Shown here piece after piece: positions 36,438-49,824 of a DNA stretch of 64,000 nt (position 1 is its first letter; every line of letters starts with the position of its first letter). The position numbers and the translations under genes were made by a program. Under the pieces are notes generated by a model. The model did no database searches. It had not been told where the DNA came from and saw only the letters and a program-made list of their open reading frames with translations. The stretch is taken from the NCBI GenBank assembly GCA_020891255.1, contig BQFW01000005.1, positions 744,001 through 808,000 on the forward strand. Reading direction: 5' to 3'. The stretch comes from Entomortierella parvispora E1425. Taxonomy: Eukaryota; Fungi; Mortierellomycota.

Positions 36438-39400
36438 ATGAGGATTCTCTGCGTTGCCGAGAAACCGTCCATGTCCAAAGCCTTGGCTCAAATTTTGAGC
36501 TCTGGCGAACGCATGGACGTGGTATGTAGTTGGTCCTCTCATGGATGTCGTTGCATGTGACTCTAAAAACATCGCATTAACTTGACTTTTTATTATAGGG
36601 TCGTGGAAGCAAATTTATCTACAATTACTCCTTCCCATACAAGATTGATAACAGGAATATGGTTGAAGTCACCATGACAGCTGTCGTAGGTCATCTCCAA
36701 TCATTAGACTTCCACAGTCAGTATAGGTCGTGGCTGACCGTTGCTCCCGTAGAGCTGTTCGAGGCAGGGATTCAGAAACACATATCAAAGGTACTCATCA
36801 TCATAAGAGTTGCTGCTGTTGGCAAATGGAGTTTTGTACGCCTGTACCCATTAGCTCACTGTGTTCAAACTTTGTGCGCATGAAATTACCGAACGAAATA
36901 GGATCTAGAAGATGTGGCACGCAACCTCCAGGAGAATGCACGTCGAGCGGACCAAGTTATGATCTGGACAGACTGTGATCGAGAAGGAGAAAACATTGGA
37001 GCAGAGGTGGCTGCTGTCTGTCAAAGGGCGAATGCGCGGATCACAGTCATTCGCGCTCGATTTAGTTCTGTTACACCTGCGTATGGATTCAGCCGCTAAG
37101 TCGTGTCATTGAGCTTTATAATGTGCACTGAATTAGTGGGACATACTGACCCGTTTATATTTTTTTTTGTAATAAATAGCGAGGTACATCGAGCCATGAG
37201 GAATCCGGTGCAGTTGGACCAGCACCAAGCAGACGCCGTGGATGCTAGGACAGAGCTTGATTTGCGCATTGGTGCTTCTTTCACTCGCTTTCAGACGCTA
37301 AGTTTCCAGAATCTTGTATTCGATCACGGGCCTGGAAAGAAGAGCCTGATTAGTTTCGGTTAGTATTGCATGCGACAATAAGGTGTGCTTGATGGCTGGT
37401 GTTACATTCTGACATCCCGAGCAACCTACGGTTATGTTGTTGGCTTCTATCTTTTGACAGGACCATGCCAGTTCCCGACGCTTGGATTTGTAGTGGATCA
37501 ATATCGAAAAGTGGAACGATTTACGCCAGAGAAATTCTGGAAGCTGGAGTTGAAGCATCGGAAGGACGGAGAAGAGGCTTGCTTTAACTGGGAGCGTGGA
37601 CAAATATTTGATCAATTGATGTGCTTCATTATATACGAATCATGCCTGGACATATCCCCTCCGAAGGTCACTATCACCGAGGTGAAATCAAAATCAACCT
37701 CAAAGTGGTAGGTGCCTCTAGCGCAGTATTGAGTCTTATGCAAACATCTTATATTTTTGGAGTTGACTTCTTTTTATTTTACACCCATAGGAAACCCCTG
37801 CCATTGACCACGGTTGAGCTGCAAAAGAGCGGATCCAAATATCTTGCCATTTCTTCCGACGAGATCATGAAGGTTAGTACGCGTCACCCGGAAAATTTTG
37901 GAAAAGTAGCGGGCATATTGAACTGACAGCACATCACTGTTTTACTCTTAGGCGGCAGAGTCTTTATATACCCAGGGTTGGATTTCCTACCCAAGAACAG
38001 AGACGGATCAATTCGACCACAACTACGACTTGTTGACTCTTGTACAAAAGCAGACTGAAAGTCCAAACTGGGGGACGTTTGCTCAGCGGTTGGTGGAAGG
38101 TGGTTATCGGATACCAAGGCGAGGCAAGAACAACGATCAAGCACATCCTCCAATCCATCCTGTGATGCACACGCAAAATCTTCCTGAGCGAGAGAAGAAG
38201 GTGTATGAGTTTATTGTTCGACGATTTCTGGCCTGTTGTTCGGAAGACGCAAAAGGTGACCAGACCAATATCGTGGCCACACTTCATACCGAAACCTTCA
38301 GGGCTACAGGACTAATCATCAAGGAGCGAAATTATCTGGATGTGTATCCTTATGACAAATGGACTGGTACGACAATACCTGACTTTATACAAGGAGAACA
38401 ATTTACCCCGTCTAGCTTCAAGATGGTTGAGGGCTCTACTACTTCCCCATCTTTGCTGACAGAAAGTCAATTGATTGCCCTCATGGACGAGAGGGGTATC
38501 GGTAAGGAGGTGGAATGTCCAGTATTCGTGTACTTTCGAATATGTCAAGTGGAGGCTGAAATTGACTCTTTCTAACCGTCGAATAGGCACTGACGCCACC
38601 ATTTCCGACCATATCAAAACGATTACGGACCGCGAGTATGTCAAACGAAGCAAACAAGGAAAGGAGTTTGTTTTTTCGCCCTCAACTCTAGGGATCGCAC
38701 TCGTGGAGGGTTATGATGGCATGCAGCTGCCAAAAAACCTATCCAAACCGTTACTAAGGAGTCAGGTAACTAACAGTTGCTTGATAGGGTCGCCTATCGT
38801 TTACCATTGAGGAAGTGCCTTGTCAGTATATTAACATATCATTCTTTCTTTGTGGATAGTTGGAGCGAAATCTAAAGCTGATTTGCACGGGAGAAAGGCG
38901 AAAGGAGGATGTCATTGCGGAAGCTTTGGCAGAATATAAAGCTATTTTCGAAGACGTCAATAGAATGAAGGGTGTTCTGAAGCAGGTAATTGGAAATGAT
39001 GTGGGGCTGCTTAGCAGCTGTACGCGTATTCTATCCATTTTCCAGATGTTGACCTGTTGATTTTCTATTTGGTGTAGTCTATCGAGCGAAATGTGGACCC
39101 TCCTCCGCGTGGTGGTCAGAATGATATCGGTGGTGGTGGAGGAGGAGGGGGAGGAGGGGGAGAAGGAGGGGGAGGAAGACCAAGGGGCGGAGGGGGCGGG
39201 AACGGCACACGACAAATACCGCCACCCGCAAATCCTTATAGGCCGCAACAAACGAACCAGAGCCAAAGCAACGCCGAACATCAACCAGCCATGCATGGGC
39301 GGTCAACAGTTCGCAATGGAAACAAAAGGAACCTCAATGCTCGCGACAGTACGTTGCCCACCGATGTGGGCTTGGGCTCATTGCCCAATGTAGGTGTTGT

Positions 39401-40339
39401 GATCTGCAATTGCGAAGGAAGTCTTCCGGCCGTGGAGAGGAAGGTCATCAAGGAAGGCGAGAATCAAGGAAGACTGTTTTTCATTTGCTCAAAGCCGAGA
39501 GAGGAACAGTGTGGATTCTTCTGCTTTTCTGACGAACTGAACAACAGACCAGAAGCTCCCCGTCGTTTTACCAATGACCGTTTGAATCCTCAAAGGAGTG
39601 ATGATCCTGGACGTGCGCTCCTCTCGTCGAACGTGGTAAGTTTCTTGCATGGCCTCATTGTTTACAGGCTGCTCCGACTCGCCATATGTACCGTCAGCTT
39701 CCTAACGCATCTCTGAATTGATTTCCCCCTTGCCTTGCTGTTGTCTTCAAGTTTCGTGATTCCCTCAACGCAGGATCAAATTTGGATGGCAAACCTCGGT
39801 GCTCTTGTGGACTAATTGCAATAGAAAGCACATCTGCGAAGAACAACGGCAGAGTCTACTGGAAGTGTAGCAAGGTCAAAACATGTCAGTTTTTCAAGTG
39901 GGATGACGAGCTCGAACAGAGTGCAAGGTCGACTACAACTTGGAGTGCTTCTGGCGCATCTCGAAGTGGAAACGGCAGCGGTTCCTCATCAGCAGCCGGG
40001 GACCGATCTTGCTACAAATGCCACCAGGTATTGGGGTGTTTATTTGAAGAGCTTTGGTGGCAAAATTTGTCTTCGTTGTTTTTTGTTTTTTTTGGTGGCA
40101 AATCGAAAATCAAAAAAAAAGTCAAGAACCAAAAAAAAAAAACTAAATCTGGTTGCTCTGCTCTTCTTTAGGTTGGTCATTTTGCGAATGCTTGTCCAAA
40201 CGGAGCGTCTGAAGGGTCTTCTTCGTTTCAACCGAACAATGGATCCTCCACACGAGGCAAAGGCAGAGGAAAGAAAGTCACGACATCGGGAAGTAATATC
40301 AAAGCTGCTCGCGTCTCGAAAAAGAGTCGGCCTCAATAA
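36438..40339 (+). CDS. TOP3: DNA topoisomerase III (type IA, TOP3-alpha-like) with C-terminal GRF and CCHC zinc fingers
   Basis: MRILCVAEKPS, DCDREGENIG (TOPRIM), FGPCQFPTLGFVV, catalytic GWISYPRTET, AHPPIHP and GIGTDAT; two GRF-type fingers and CYKCHQ-VGHFANAC. Confidence 0.92.
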
Positions 40340-41268
40340 AGCCCATTGTCAAGTAATTTGAACATGCTCGGCAATCTAGGTTGTCACCGTAGCTGTTATT
40401 GTTATTATTGATTTTTATTGTTGTTTTTGCAGTGCTGGCTCATTCGTCATGGTGCGTGGGCAGCCTTGTTTTAGCACCATGGTTAGACCGCATCGTTAGT
40501 TTGGGTTACGATACTCCTAGACTAAGAGGACATACTCACCCTTTTTTGAATGTTCGAAAGCGATGCACAGGGATCTACAAAGCCGAGAAGTGTGGAAGTA
40601 AAGAGAGAGACTGAGTAAGTGGGAATGGTTAAAAAAAGGGAGAGCAAGAGGCGGAGAGTGGCCTCTAGATCAATGGTTCCTCTCAAAATACATAAAAAAG
40701 GCACAGTCCGATCCATTCGGTCGTTATGGTTGACGGGAATGGACGTTGAGCGCGGACAAGTGTTCTTTTTAAAAAAAAGAGTGCAGTAGGGGAAGAGGAA
40801 GGAGCTCGAGGAAGGGAGACATTTGATGTGGGACCTCGATCGGGAGTTGAAGAGGAGCCGAAAATGACCCTCATGATGTCACAGTGGAGAGGATGGATGA
40901 CTTTTGTTCTGTATGTACGTCTTCCTTGGGTGACAGGTACGGACAGATAGAGTTGGTAGAACTGCGTGCTGCTCAAGGAATGGCGGAAGAGAGGAGAGTT
41001 CTCTGTCTCGTTGACCGGGGGATGTTACGAGCAAAGAACGAGGGGAAAGAGAAAGGCTGGGCATGACGAGAATTGTGCGCCGTTGATCGGGGGTGAATGT
41101 CTTTTGTGCACCGCAGAAGAGATAGAGAAACAGAGAGATAGAGAGAAAGAGAGAAGAGACAGAAAGATAGAAAGATAGAGAGAGACTGCAACAGACACCG
41201 AAGCAAGGAATGATGCCAAGATGGATATCATTGTGATCGGCACCTTCGAGTCCGTCGTCTGCCTCTTT

Positions 41269-41306
41269 ATCACCATCACCATCATCATCATCATTATCAT
41301 CATCAT
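41269..41306. repeat. (ATC/ACC)n microsatellite; an AG-rich repeat lies nearby at about 41124-41190
   Basis: Directly visible trinucleotide and dinucleotide tracts in the TOP3-OGT intergenic region. Confidence 0.8.
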
Positions 41307-43061
41307 AGAAAGAAGGAGGAATACCCTGGCCTGGCTGGCCTGGGCACCGAGAGTGAATTGTTTGATGGCGGGAGCAGAAGAGAAGGAAGATGAAAAAAGT
41401 AAAAAACAGGAAGAGGAGACTGAATGAATTGCGACTGAATACAAATTTAGCTTCCCTTTGTTTTGGCACTGACAGGCCGACAGAGGGACTCTGACGGGGA
41501 GAGGCGATGATTGAAAGGGCGTTTCTCACTCTTTTTTTTTTTTTTTTTTTTTCATTGTCTTCTCTCACTCACTCACTTTTCTTTCCCCTCTGCCTCTTCT
41601 TGTTCGGCTTCTTGTTCCCCCTCCTTCATTCGTTCCTCCCTGCCCCTCTCTCCTCCCCCGTCTTCCATCCGCATCACTTTCACGAGGGCAGCGGGTCACT
41701 TCCTCTTCTTCATTCCTGTACGACTCTCTCTCCGTCCCTTTTGTTCATTAGCCAAAGAGGTAAACAATTGAGAAACAAACACATTCATTTTCTTTCTTGT
41801 TTTGCCTGTCCTTGACCCCGACCCTCCCGTTCGAATCAGGGTCTGGAAACTCTACCTCGACCGGCATGAGAGACAGGGAAGAGTGGACACACACACATCT
41901 CATTGAAGGACTGAGGACCACGGACGTGGCAGTGAGAATGCTACATGGAATGGCCTTTTATTTTATTTTTTTTATTTTTTTTATGAATGTGCTTGACGTG
42001 AGCCCAGCATCTGTTCTGACGTTATTGATGCAAAACACATTGGGGGAAGGGAGCAAAGAAGAAAGAAATGGATCGATGCAAACGGTCCACTGTGGATCGC
42101 CCGATGGTGGTGTGTCTACATACTTATGCAAATGCACAGTGCCACACTTGGACTTGAGTTCTGGACGTTTGAGGCACGAAAGCCGCCCCTCCTTTTCTCT
42201 GTACTTTTCTTTCTTTCTGTTATTGTCTGTGGACGTTTCTTATTATTTTTCGGGCGCGCATCTCGTTTGAGTTTATGGCCATGAACGGAACGAACGAACG
42301 GAATGCTGTCAAATCATGCGGATGGATAGGAATCTGATCCACCCGAGCTGCCGAGTTGGAATAACACGATCTCGGACCACTTGCCATCGACTCCACATTC
42401 ACTTCGCCATCACTGGCAGCAAGCACAAGACGAATAGAGCACCAGCCCGATCAACGTAGCTTTATCGAATTGCAGGATGGATGGATGGGCTTTGTTTCTT
42501 TCTTTACTAGCTCTGTGTTCTTCCTTGCACTTTTGCTTGGGTCCCCTTTTCATGTGGCCAAAGCATCCCAGGATCAAAACAGAAAGACGACTGAAGTGCA
42601 AAGTGGGCTTGACCATGAAACAATGGCACGGAAAAAGAAAAGTGAAGGGAGCCAACTGACTGACTGAGGAAAAAGTCAGCAGCGAGAGAGAGAGAGAGCA
42701 TGAGTCTGCACTAGACCATATTTGTCCTTGGGTGTTGTCTGGGGCGCGCGGTACAGGCACAAGGATAAGCTAGCAGAGCATCCTGGGACAGTGGAGATAC
42801 GAGCATTGCTCCGGATGGGATGGGTCCCTTGTTGCCTGTTACTCACTCTCTTTTCTCGGTCCGATAGGTGTCTCCGTTGCTTATCGCCTGACGACCTTGT
42901 TTTCTCCCTTGTAACGTACCCCACCCCCTCAGTCCGTATTTTAATTCTCTGTTTTCCGTCAAAAGGTATCCCTTGTGAATACATGTCATCTGTTGGAAAG
43001 TCAGATCGTGGACTCGGCTTTTGCATGAATCCTGACGTGCCTTTGTTATCCTACCATAGAG

Positions 43062-43719
43062 ATGTCCTCCTCCCAGGCACGGCAAAACGTCGCACCATCG
43101 AGCGCGTTTGATCTACAAAACACAGCCGCGGCGTTTGTGCGCGAGTATACTGCTTCTCAGCAACAGCAACAGCAACAACAACAGCAGCAACAACAAATGC
43201 TTTTGCAGCAACACCATGGCCAAGCACAGCCGCAGCAGTTTGTCAAGGATGCTCAGTCATACCAGCCTCATCTCCAACAGCATCTGCCCACTCTGATGCA
43301 GCCGCCACCGTCGCCTAACACCATGTCATACTTTTACCACCAGGACCGCGGATGGCTTCGGTTGGAGCGATCGGGCAGCGTGGATGCGTATCATCATAGA
43401 GAGCTACAACAAGCGCGACTGAATCGGGGCAGCTTCTCTGACCACCAGTATTTGGACAGTGTACTGCAATACCCAGCAAGTGGTAGCTATCATTATGATG
43501 ATGCTCACTCTTTGATGCAACAAAGTCAGCAAGGGAGCCACATCACCTCGTCATACCATGTTCAAAAACCAGACCGGATACTCTTTCCCAGCCAGCATCA
43601 TCAGGCGACCTACCCTCAACCTTCCCATCATGACTATTCGCTGCAATCTGGCCATAGTGGAGCCCAAATGGATCCACAGCAGTACCAACTGCACCTGCGC
43701 CAGCAACAACTACAGCTGC

Positions 43720-43765
<46 letters not shown>

Positions 43766-46700
43766 GCAGCAGCAGCAGCAGCAGCTCCATCATCACCACC
43801 AACAGCAGCAGCAGCAGCAGCATATCCAACAACACCAGTCATTCCGACAGCCTTCTAGCATCTACCCTCACCATGTACAACACTCACAACACCAGCATTA
43901 TTCTACGCCAGCATACCAGCAGCAACAGTTACAACAAGCCCAGCTTTTATCTCAGGCAAACCAGTCGCAGTACCAGGTTTCTCATACTCAATTGCAAGCG
44001 GTCCGACATCAAATCGAACACCAGCAGCAACATCAGCAGCAGCAGCAGCAGCAACAACAACAACAACTTCAGCAAAACTTTGCGAAATACAACCCCGCTC
44101 AACAGACTCGATTTAAACCTACACCGGATCAACAACAGCAGATCCAGCTTATCTCAGAGTTCGAGGCGGCGTCAATCAATGCGTTTGGGCAAGGGCTGGC
44201 ACCCCCATCATCGCATTTGCAGCTTTCAGCTCAGAATGTATCTCAGCAGCTGCAGCTTCAACACCAGCAACACCAGCAAGCGCAGGCGCAAGCACACCAG
44301 CAACAACAGCTGTTCCAGTTACAACACATGCTGTACGATCAACATCGACAGGGGCAGGACCAGCAACAACAACAGCAGCAACAACATCAAATGATGTTGG
44401 CGGCTAATGCTCAACAACAGCAATTACAGCAGCAACAGCAGGTGTCACAGCCAGCTTCTAGTATAGTGAGCTCGGGGCCATTGACGATCACCAAAGTCCA
44501 GCTTCCCCAAAATGCACAGCCGCAGATGGTTGTGCAAGTTCAGACGGCAGACGGCAAGAGCCAGCAGCTGATAATTGACGCTCGCGAGGAAGAATGGCGG
44601 GGTAAGCACACGCCTGAGTAATTGTTGAATATGTACCCCACCCACCTATGACCTATCTACTCACTCTACCTATACCTATGATATCATTCCGAATAGACCA
44701 TCTACTTTCCTACGCCCATCTACTCTACGCCTCTGAAGCTTCCAACCCTTCGCCAAACTCACCACTCATCCCTATTCTCCAGACTGTCAGTGCACTTCAT
44801 CGTACGCATCTGCCAACGCTCTTACTCTTGGCATGCGTCTACTACACGCAACGGAACTACAAAATGTCGCTGCACTACAATCACCTTATTCTTACCAAGG
44901 ACCCCAACTATGTCGAAGCCATGAGTAACATTGGCACCACTTTGAGGAGCATGGGACGGCAGCCAGAAGCCGAATCATGGTGGTGGAAGGCAGTTCGTCT
45001 GAGACCCGGCTACTGGGATGCCGTCGAGAATCTCATTGGAGTTTTATGCTCTGGTTACGGCACTACGGAAGCACCCGCAAAATCAACTCCAGAGACATCT
45101 GCTGCAGGGACATCTTCAGCTGGAGGAGATGCATCCAAGACTGCAACCGACAAGCAAACCGCCCCCGTGTCACAGCCACCCCGCTACAAGGAGGCACTTA
45201 AAATTTGCGAGTATGTAGAGGCCAACGTGCTTCCGGACCCTTTAGACCTGACAGGAGAGCAACCGCCCCCACTGCCTATCCAGCACACGCCCCGTCTTCA
45301 AAATCTTTTGTATGCTAAAGGCAATCTCAAGTACGCCCTTGGTGACATTGCTGGCGCAAGACGCGAATATGAGAGGAGTCTGGAGATTGTTTTTGGAGCT
45401 GGGATCGGCGCTATTCAGGTTGTCCATGAAATTATGTGTCTTACCAGGATGGCTGCAGGATATACTCGACCCACGGAGAGTGAGCTTGAAGGCGTCATGC
45501 TCCTCCTTCGGCCTGAAGAGGCACTCCAAGTTACCCAAGTTGTATTCCGTGAAACTGGCGGTGTCCTTCCAGGGCTTGCGACCTTAACAGCCACTTGCAC
45601 AGATGCTAATGGAGTGACTCAAGGCGGTCTCAGCTCAAGCCTTTGGCAGCAGGCCAACCAAACCACCAGCACCATTCTTTTGACTCTTGCAAAGCTCTAT
45701 CAGGACGTCATGGACCAACCAGCCAAGGCAAGAGAACTCGCTGGAGCAGACAACTATGTACCGACCATGTCGATGCTCTTGCCTCTCTACTACTTAAGCT
45801 TGGCTTTGAACCCTTCGCCATCGACATGCAACAACCTCGGAATTTTGCTAAGCTCAATCCCCCCAACGGCCAAAATCTTTTCTTATCCAGCTCCTGCACA
45901 GCCCATGCAGTTGCAAGTTCAAGCCAATGGACTTGTGATCCCTGCTCCTGCAGCTCCAACCTACCCCATCACTGGTCAAGCGCTGGCGCTTCAGTTTTAC
46001 AATTACGGACTTCAGCTGGATCCTCGCCATCCTCACCTGTACACCAATTTGGGTTCACTTCTCAAGGATATGGGTCAACTGAATGAAGCCGTGGCCATGT
46101 ATGAGAAGGCAGTCGAATGCAACCCCCGATTCGATGTTGCGCTTGCCAATCTTGGAAACGCAGTCAAGGACCTCGGAAAAGTACAGGAGAGTATTCAGTG
46201 GTACCAACGTGCAGTCGAGATTAATCCCAACTTTTCAGAGGCCGTCTGTGGATTGGTCAATGCCTTGGGAGGCGTTTGCGATTGGCGTGGCCGAGGTGGC
46301 GTTGGCCCCATTGGTGTTAACGCCGAAGGCCGTCTCGTCCTGGCCGATGCCACCTCCAACGGCAAAGTAGCTCTTTCAGGGTGGATGGGTCGCGTTTCTG
46401 AAATTGTAGAGAAACAATTGGCCGAAGGTGCTCTCTGGGGATTCGGTCTTGTTAAAGTGTTTAGACAACATCTTTGGCAAATTATTTTCAGGGCGTTCCT
46501 GGATTCGAACCCTAAACACCCTGATACGCTCTTGTGGCGGTCTCGACTGGATTCTTGGGAGTGCCGAACCGACCCCCAGGACAAGAAGAACGAGGGAGGC
46601 TGGATCATCAGACTCTTGGAAAGAGCTTCCAAGAGATTACAGCGACGATGGTACCTTGAAAAGTACCAGCCAAACCCTGCAGCACGGCCTCGACGACCCA

Positions 46701-49510
46701 GCTCCGAAACTCTGGAGCTCTATCAACGCCCATTGCTCCCACATGGAATGGCGGCGCCTCCTGTTCCCACTGTCCTGCCCTTCCACACATTCACGTATCC
46801 ACTCAATGCGCGCCAGATTCGACTGATCTCACACCGGAACGCCCTTCGTATCTCGCACGGAACACTTGCCTCTCACTGGCTACCTAGCACGGTCTACCCT
46901 CCCCCAGCCCCACCTGGGCCTCGTCTCAAGATCGGATATGTCAGTAGCGACTTTAACAATCACCCACTGTCGCATTTAATGCAGAGTGTCTTTGGAATGC
47001 ATGACAAGAGTCTGTTCCAGGTGTTTTGTTACGCTACCACGCCTGCTGACCAGACGCCCTATCGAGTCAAAATTCAGAGCGAGGTCGAGAATTTCATTGA
47101 GGTGTCGACATGGAGCACTCAGGCGATCGTTGAGCGTATCGTAGCTGACGGAATCCACGTTCTTGTCAACTTGAACGGCTACACCAAAGGAGCACGAAAC
47201 GAGGTGTTCGCAGCACGACCCTGTCCTGTCCAAGTTTCATTCATGGGCTTTGCTGGAACGCTTGGCGCAGGATGGTGCGACTGGATCGTGGCAGACCCTG
47301 TGGTTTGCCCACCGGAGGCTGTGAGTGGAGTCGCTTGGAAGAGGAAGCAGCGCTCACTTTTGCTTGCCTCTTCCAAGCCAAATTCTCAACCTGACCAAGG
47401 ATCAAAGTTTGTTATTTCCACCACAAACGGAAACGCAAACTCAAAGATCCCGAGCAGTAAGAGACGGTCAAGTGCCAGTGCTGCTTCCGAGATAAAACAA
47501 GAAGTTGAATCTGGAAAGGGGGCTGAAGGCTGCGCTATGTCCTCGACCTTTTCGGATTTTGAAGGCGATGTGGATCCCGAAGATGCCGGTGATGACTGGG
47601 TCTATACCGAAAAGTTTATTTATATGCCTCACAGCTATTTTGTGAACGATCATCGACAGGGCTTTCGGGAGGAAGAAAAAGAGCACGAGCGCCAACTCTT
47701 ATTCGCGACAGAACCTCATTTAGCTTTGAGCCCTGAATGGTCGTGGACACTGGAGCAGGACAGACGCTGGCAGATGCGCAAAGAACTGTTCCCTGGATTG
47801 GCGGAGAATACGGTGATCTTTGCCAATTTCAACCAGCTCTATAAGGTAAGCACGCTGTTCTTTTCAACGTTCTGTCTGATTGCTGCAATATGATTCAAGG
47901 CTCTAATTGCACCAAACTCTTCCCCTGAATAGATTGACCCTCAAATCTTCAAAGTCTGGCTCCAAATTCTGGCACGCGTTCCTAATGCCATTCTCTGGTT
48001 GCTTCGATTCCCAGCTGCAGGAGAACCTCATTTGCTCAGGACTGCGAATGAGTGGGCAGGACCCTCAGTGGCGTCCCGTGTTATCTTTACGGACGTGGCT
48101 CCTAAGCAGGTGCACATTCACAGAGGCCGTATCGCAGATTTGTTTTTGGATACACCTGAGTGTAATGCTCACACGACTGCCGCCGATATTCTTTGGAGTG
48201 GTACTCCTATTCTCACCTTTCCAAAGTATGGCCACAAGATGTGCTCCCGAGTTGGAGCCAGTATCGCATATGCTACTGGCTATGGTAACGAGATGGTGGT
48301 CAATACGGAGCAGGAGTACGAGGAGCGCGCCGTTACCTATGCTCAAGGATGTCGCTGGGAGTATGTTGATGATCAGACTCTGAAGCAGAAACTTGGACTC
48401 GCCAACCCTATGATGGCTGCTCCTGCTCCAACCGCTGCTCCAACGACTGTTCAAACCATCAGTGGATCGGCGCAGGCTATGGCGGGTGTCTCCAACTCGG
48501 TACCATTCCAGCGACCTCTGGTGAATGGTGGCAATACACAGTCTCAGTTTGGTGGACACCAGGCTTTGTCACACCCATATGCAAATGGCCATGCGGTACC
48601 TCAGCAGCTGCTAGGTCAGGTCATGAGTCAGCCTCGCCAGTCAGTGGTACATTGGCTCGGTTATGGCCCTCTCATGGATTTGCGCAGGAAGCTTTGGGAG
48701 AACAGGGATCAGTCACTACTCTTTGATACCTTGCGATGGACTCGTAATCTCGAGAAGGGACTCGCTGAAGCTTGGAGACGGTGGGAATCTGGCCAAGAGT
48801 TTGATGAAATCGTGGAGAGTCGATTGAGAGAGAACTTGAAGGACCGTCGGAGCAGCAACGGCGCGATTAGCCATGGCCAACACGGTGGTAACATTGTGAT
48901 TGATCATGATGGCGGAATGAACCCTTATCCCGGTAACCTCACCCACTCGTCCCTACTCGCAAATGGTGGCGGTGCCTCTGGACTTGTTACTGCCGGTTCT
49001 GTCGGCGACACGACTTCAGGTGCTGGAGGCCTGCTTGGGGCGAATGAAGGATGCACCTTGGTGGGGGTAGACATTGTTGGCCCTGGACCCTCTGGTCAGT
49101 CGGTCTCTGAAGATCGACAAGGCCGAATTCAAGACTTGAAGACAAAACTCGAGGCGTCCAACAACTCTACTTCAACGACTCTTTCGATGCCTGGAGTGAA
49201 TGACCACCATTCGAACATGAACTCTTTGGCCATCGGTGCTACAATCGGCGCTTTGCCGATCCATCCACTTACGGATCCACTTTCGAACGGCAAGGCAACC
49301 CAAGCTGGCCTTTTGAATGGCGGCATCACAGGGTCGGGTAACGAGCTTGGACCCATGGATGGAGGTGGTGCAGGGATCATGGTGGATCCTTTATCGTCCT
49401 CTCACCGACGACCGTCTTCCTCGACCTCTGGCGCTCTCAGGGCCAAGTTCGAGCTGCTAGAGCAACAGATCCGTCGCCCAGACCTGGGCTGCATCTTTGT
49501 CACGGACTAA
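43062..49510 (+). CDS. OGT: O-GlcNAc transferase-like protein (polyQ leader, TPRs, GT41), about 2088 aa, 3 exons
   Basis: Exons 43062-44601, 44697-47845 and 47933-49510 splice in frame. TPRs (YTNLGSLLKDMG...), IGYVSSDFNNHPLSHLM, NLNGYTKGARNEVFAARP, FANFNQLYK-IDP and LDTPECNAHTTAADILWSG. Confidence 0.85.
43719..43784 (+). repeat. Coding (CAA)15(CAG)7 tract encoding Q22
   Basis: Counted directly; several shorter CAA/CAG runs flank it in the same exon. Confidence 0.95.
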
Positions 49511-49824
49511 TTTCCCTTTTGAAAAATAAAAAAACCCAAAATAAGGCACGCTGTGTTCCCAGCTGTGTGTCAGTTCATATCTTCAGACATCAAGCACACG
49601 CTCGTGCGTATTGCTCACAGACACTTTATTGAGTTTGAACAATGAAAGTGGTGCAACCACCAAGAGATACTATCAACAATGGTTGAGGGTCTGCCCTCGA
49701 ATGGTGCATGTGCATCGTCTTCTTTTAGAGCTCTTTTTCGCTCTTTTTTTCTTTTTTGTTTCCACTCCCCTTACTTCTCTTATACTCCCCTCTCTTCCCC
49801 TCTCTTCCTCCTTCCAATTTTAAA

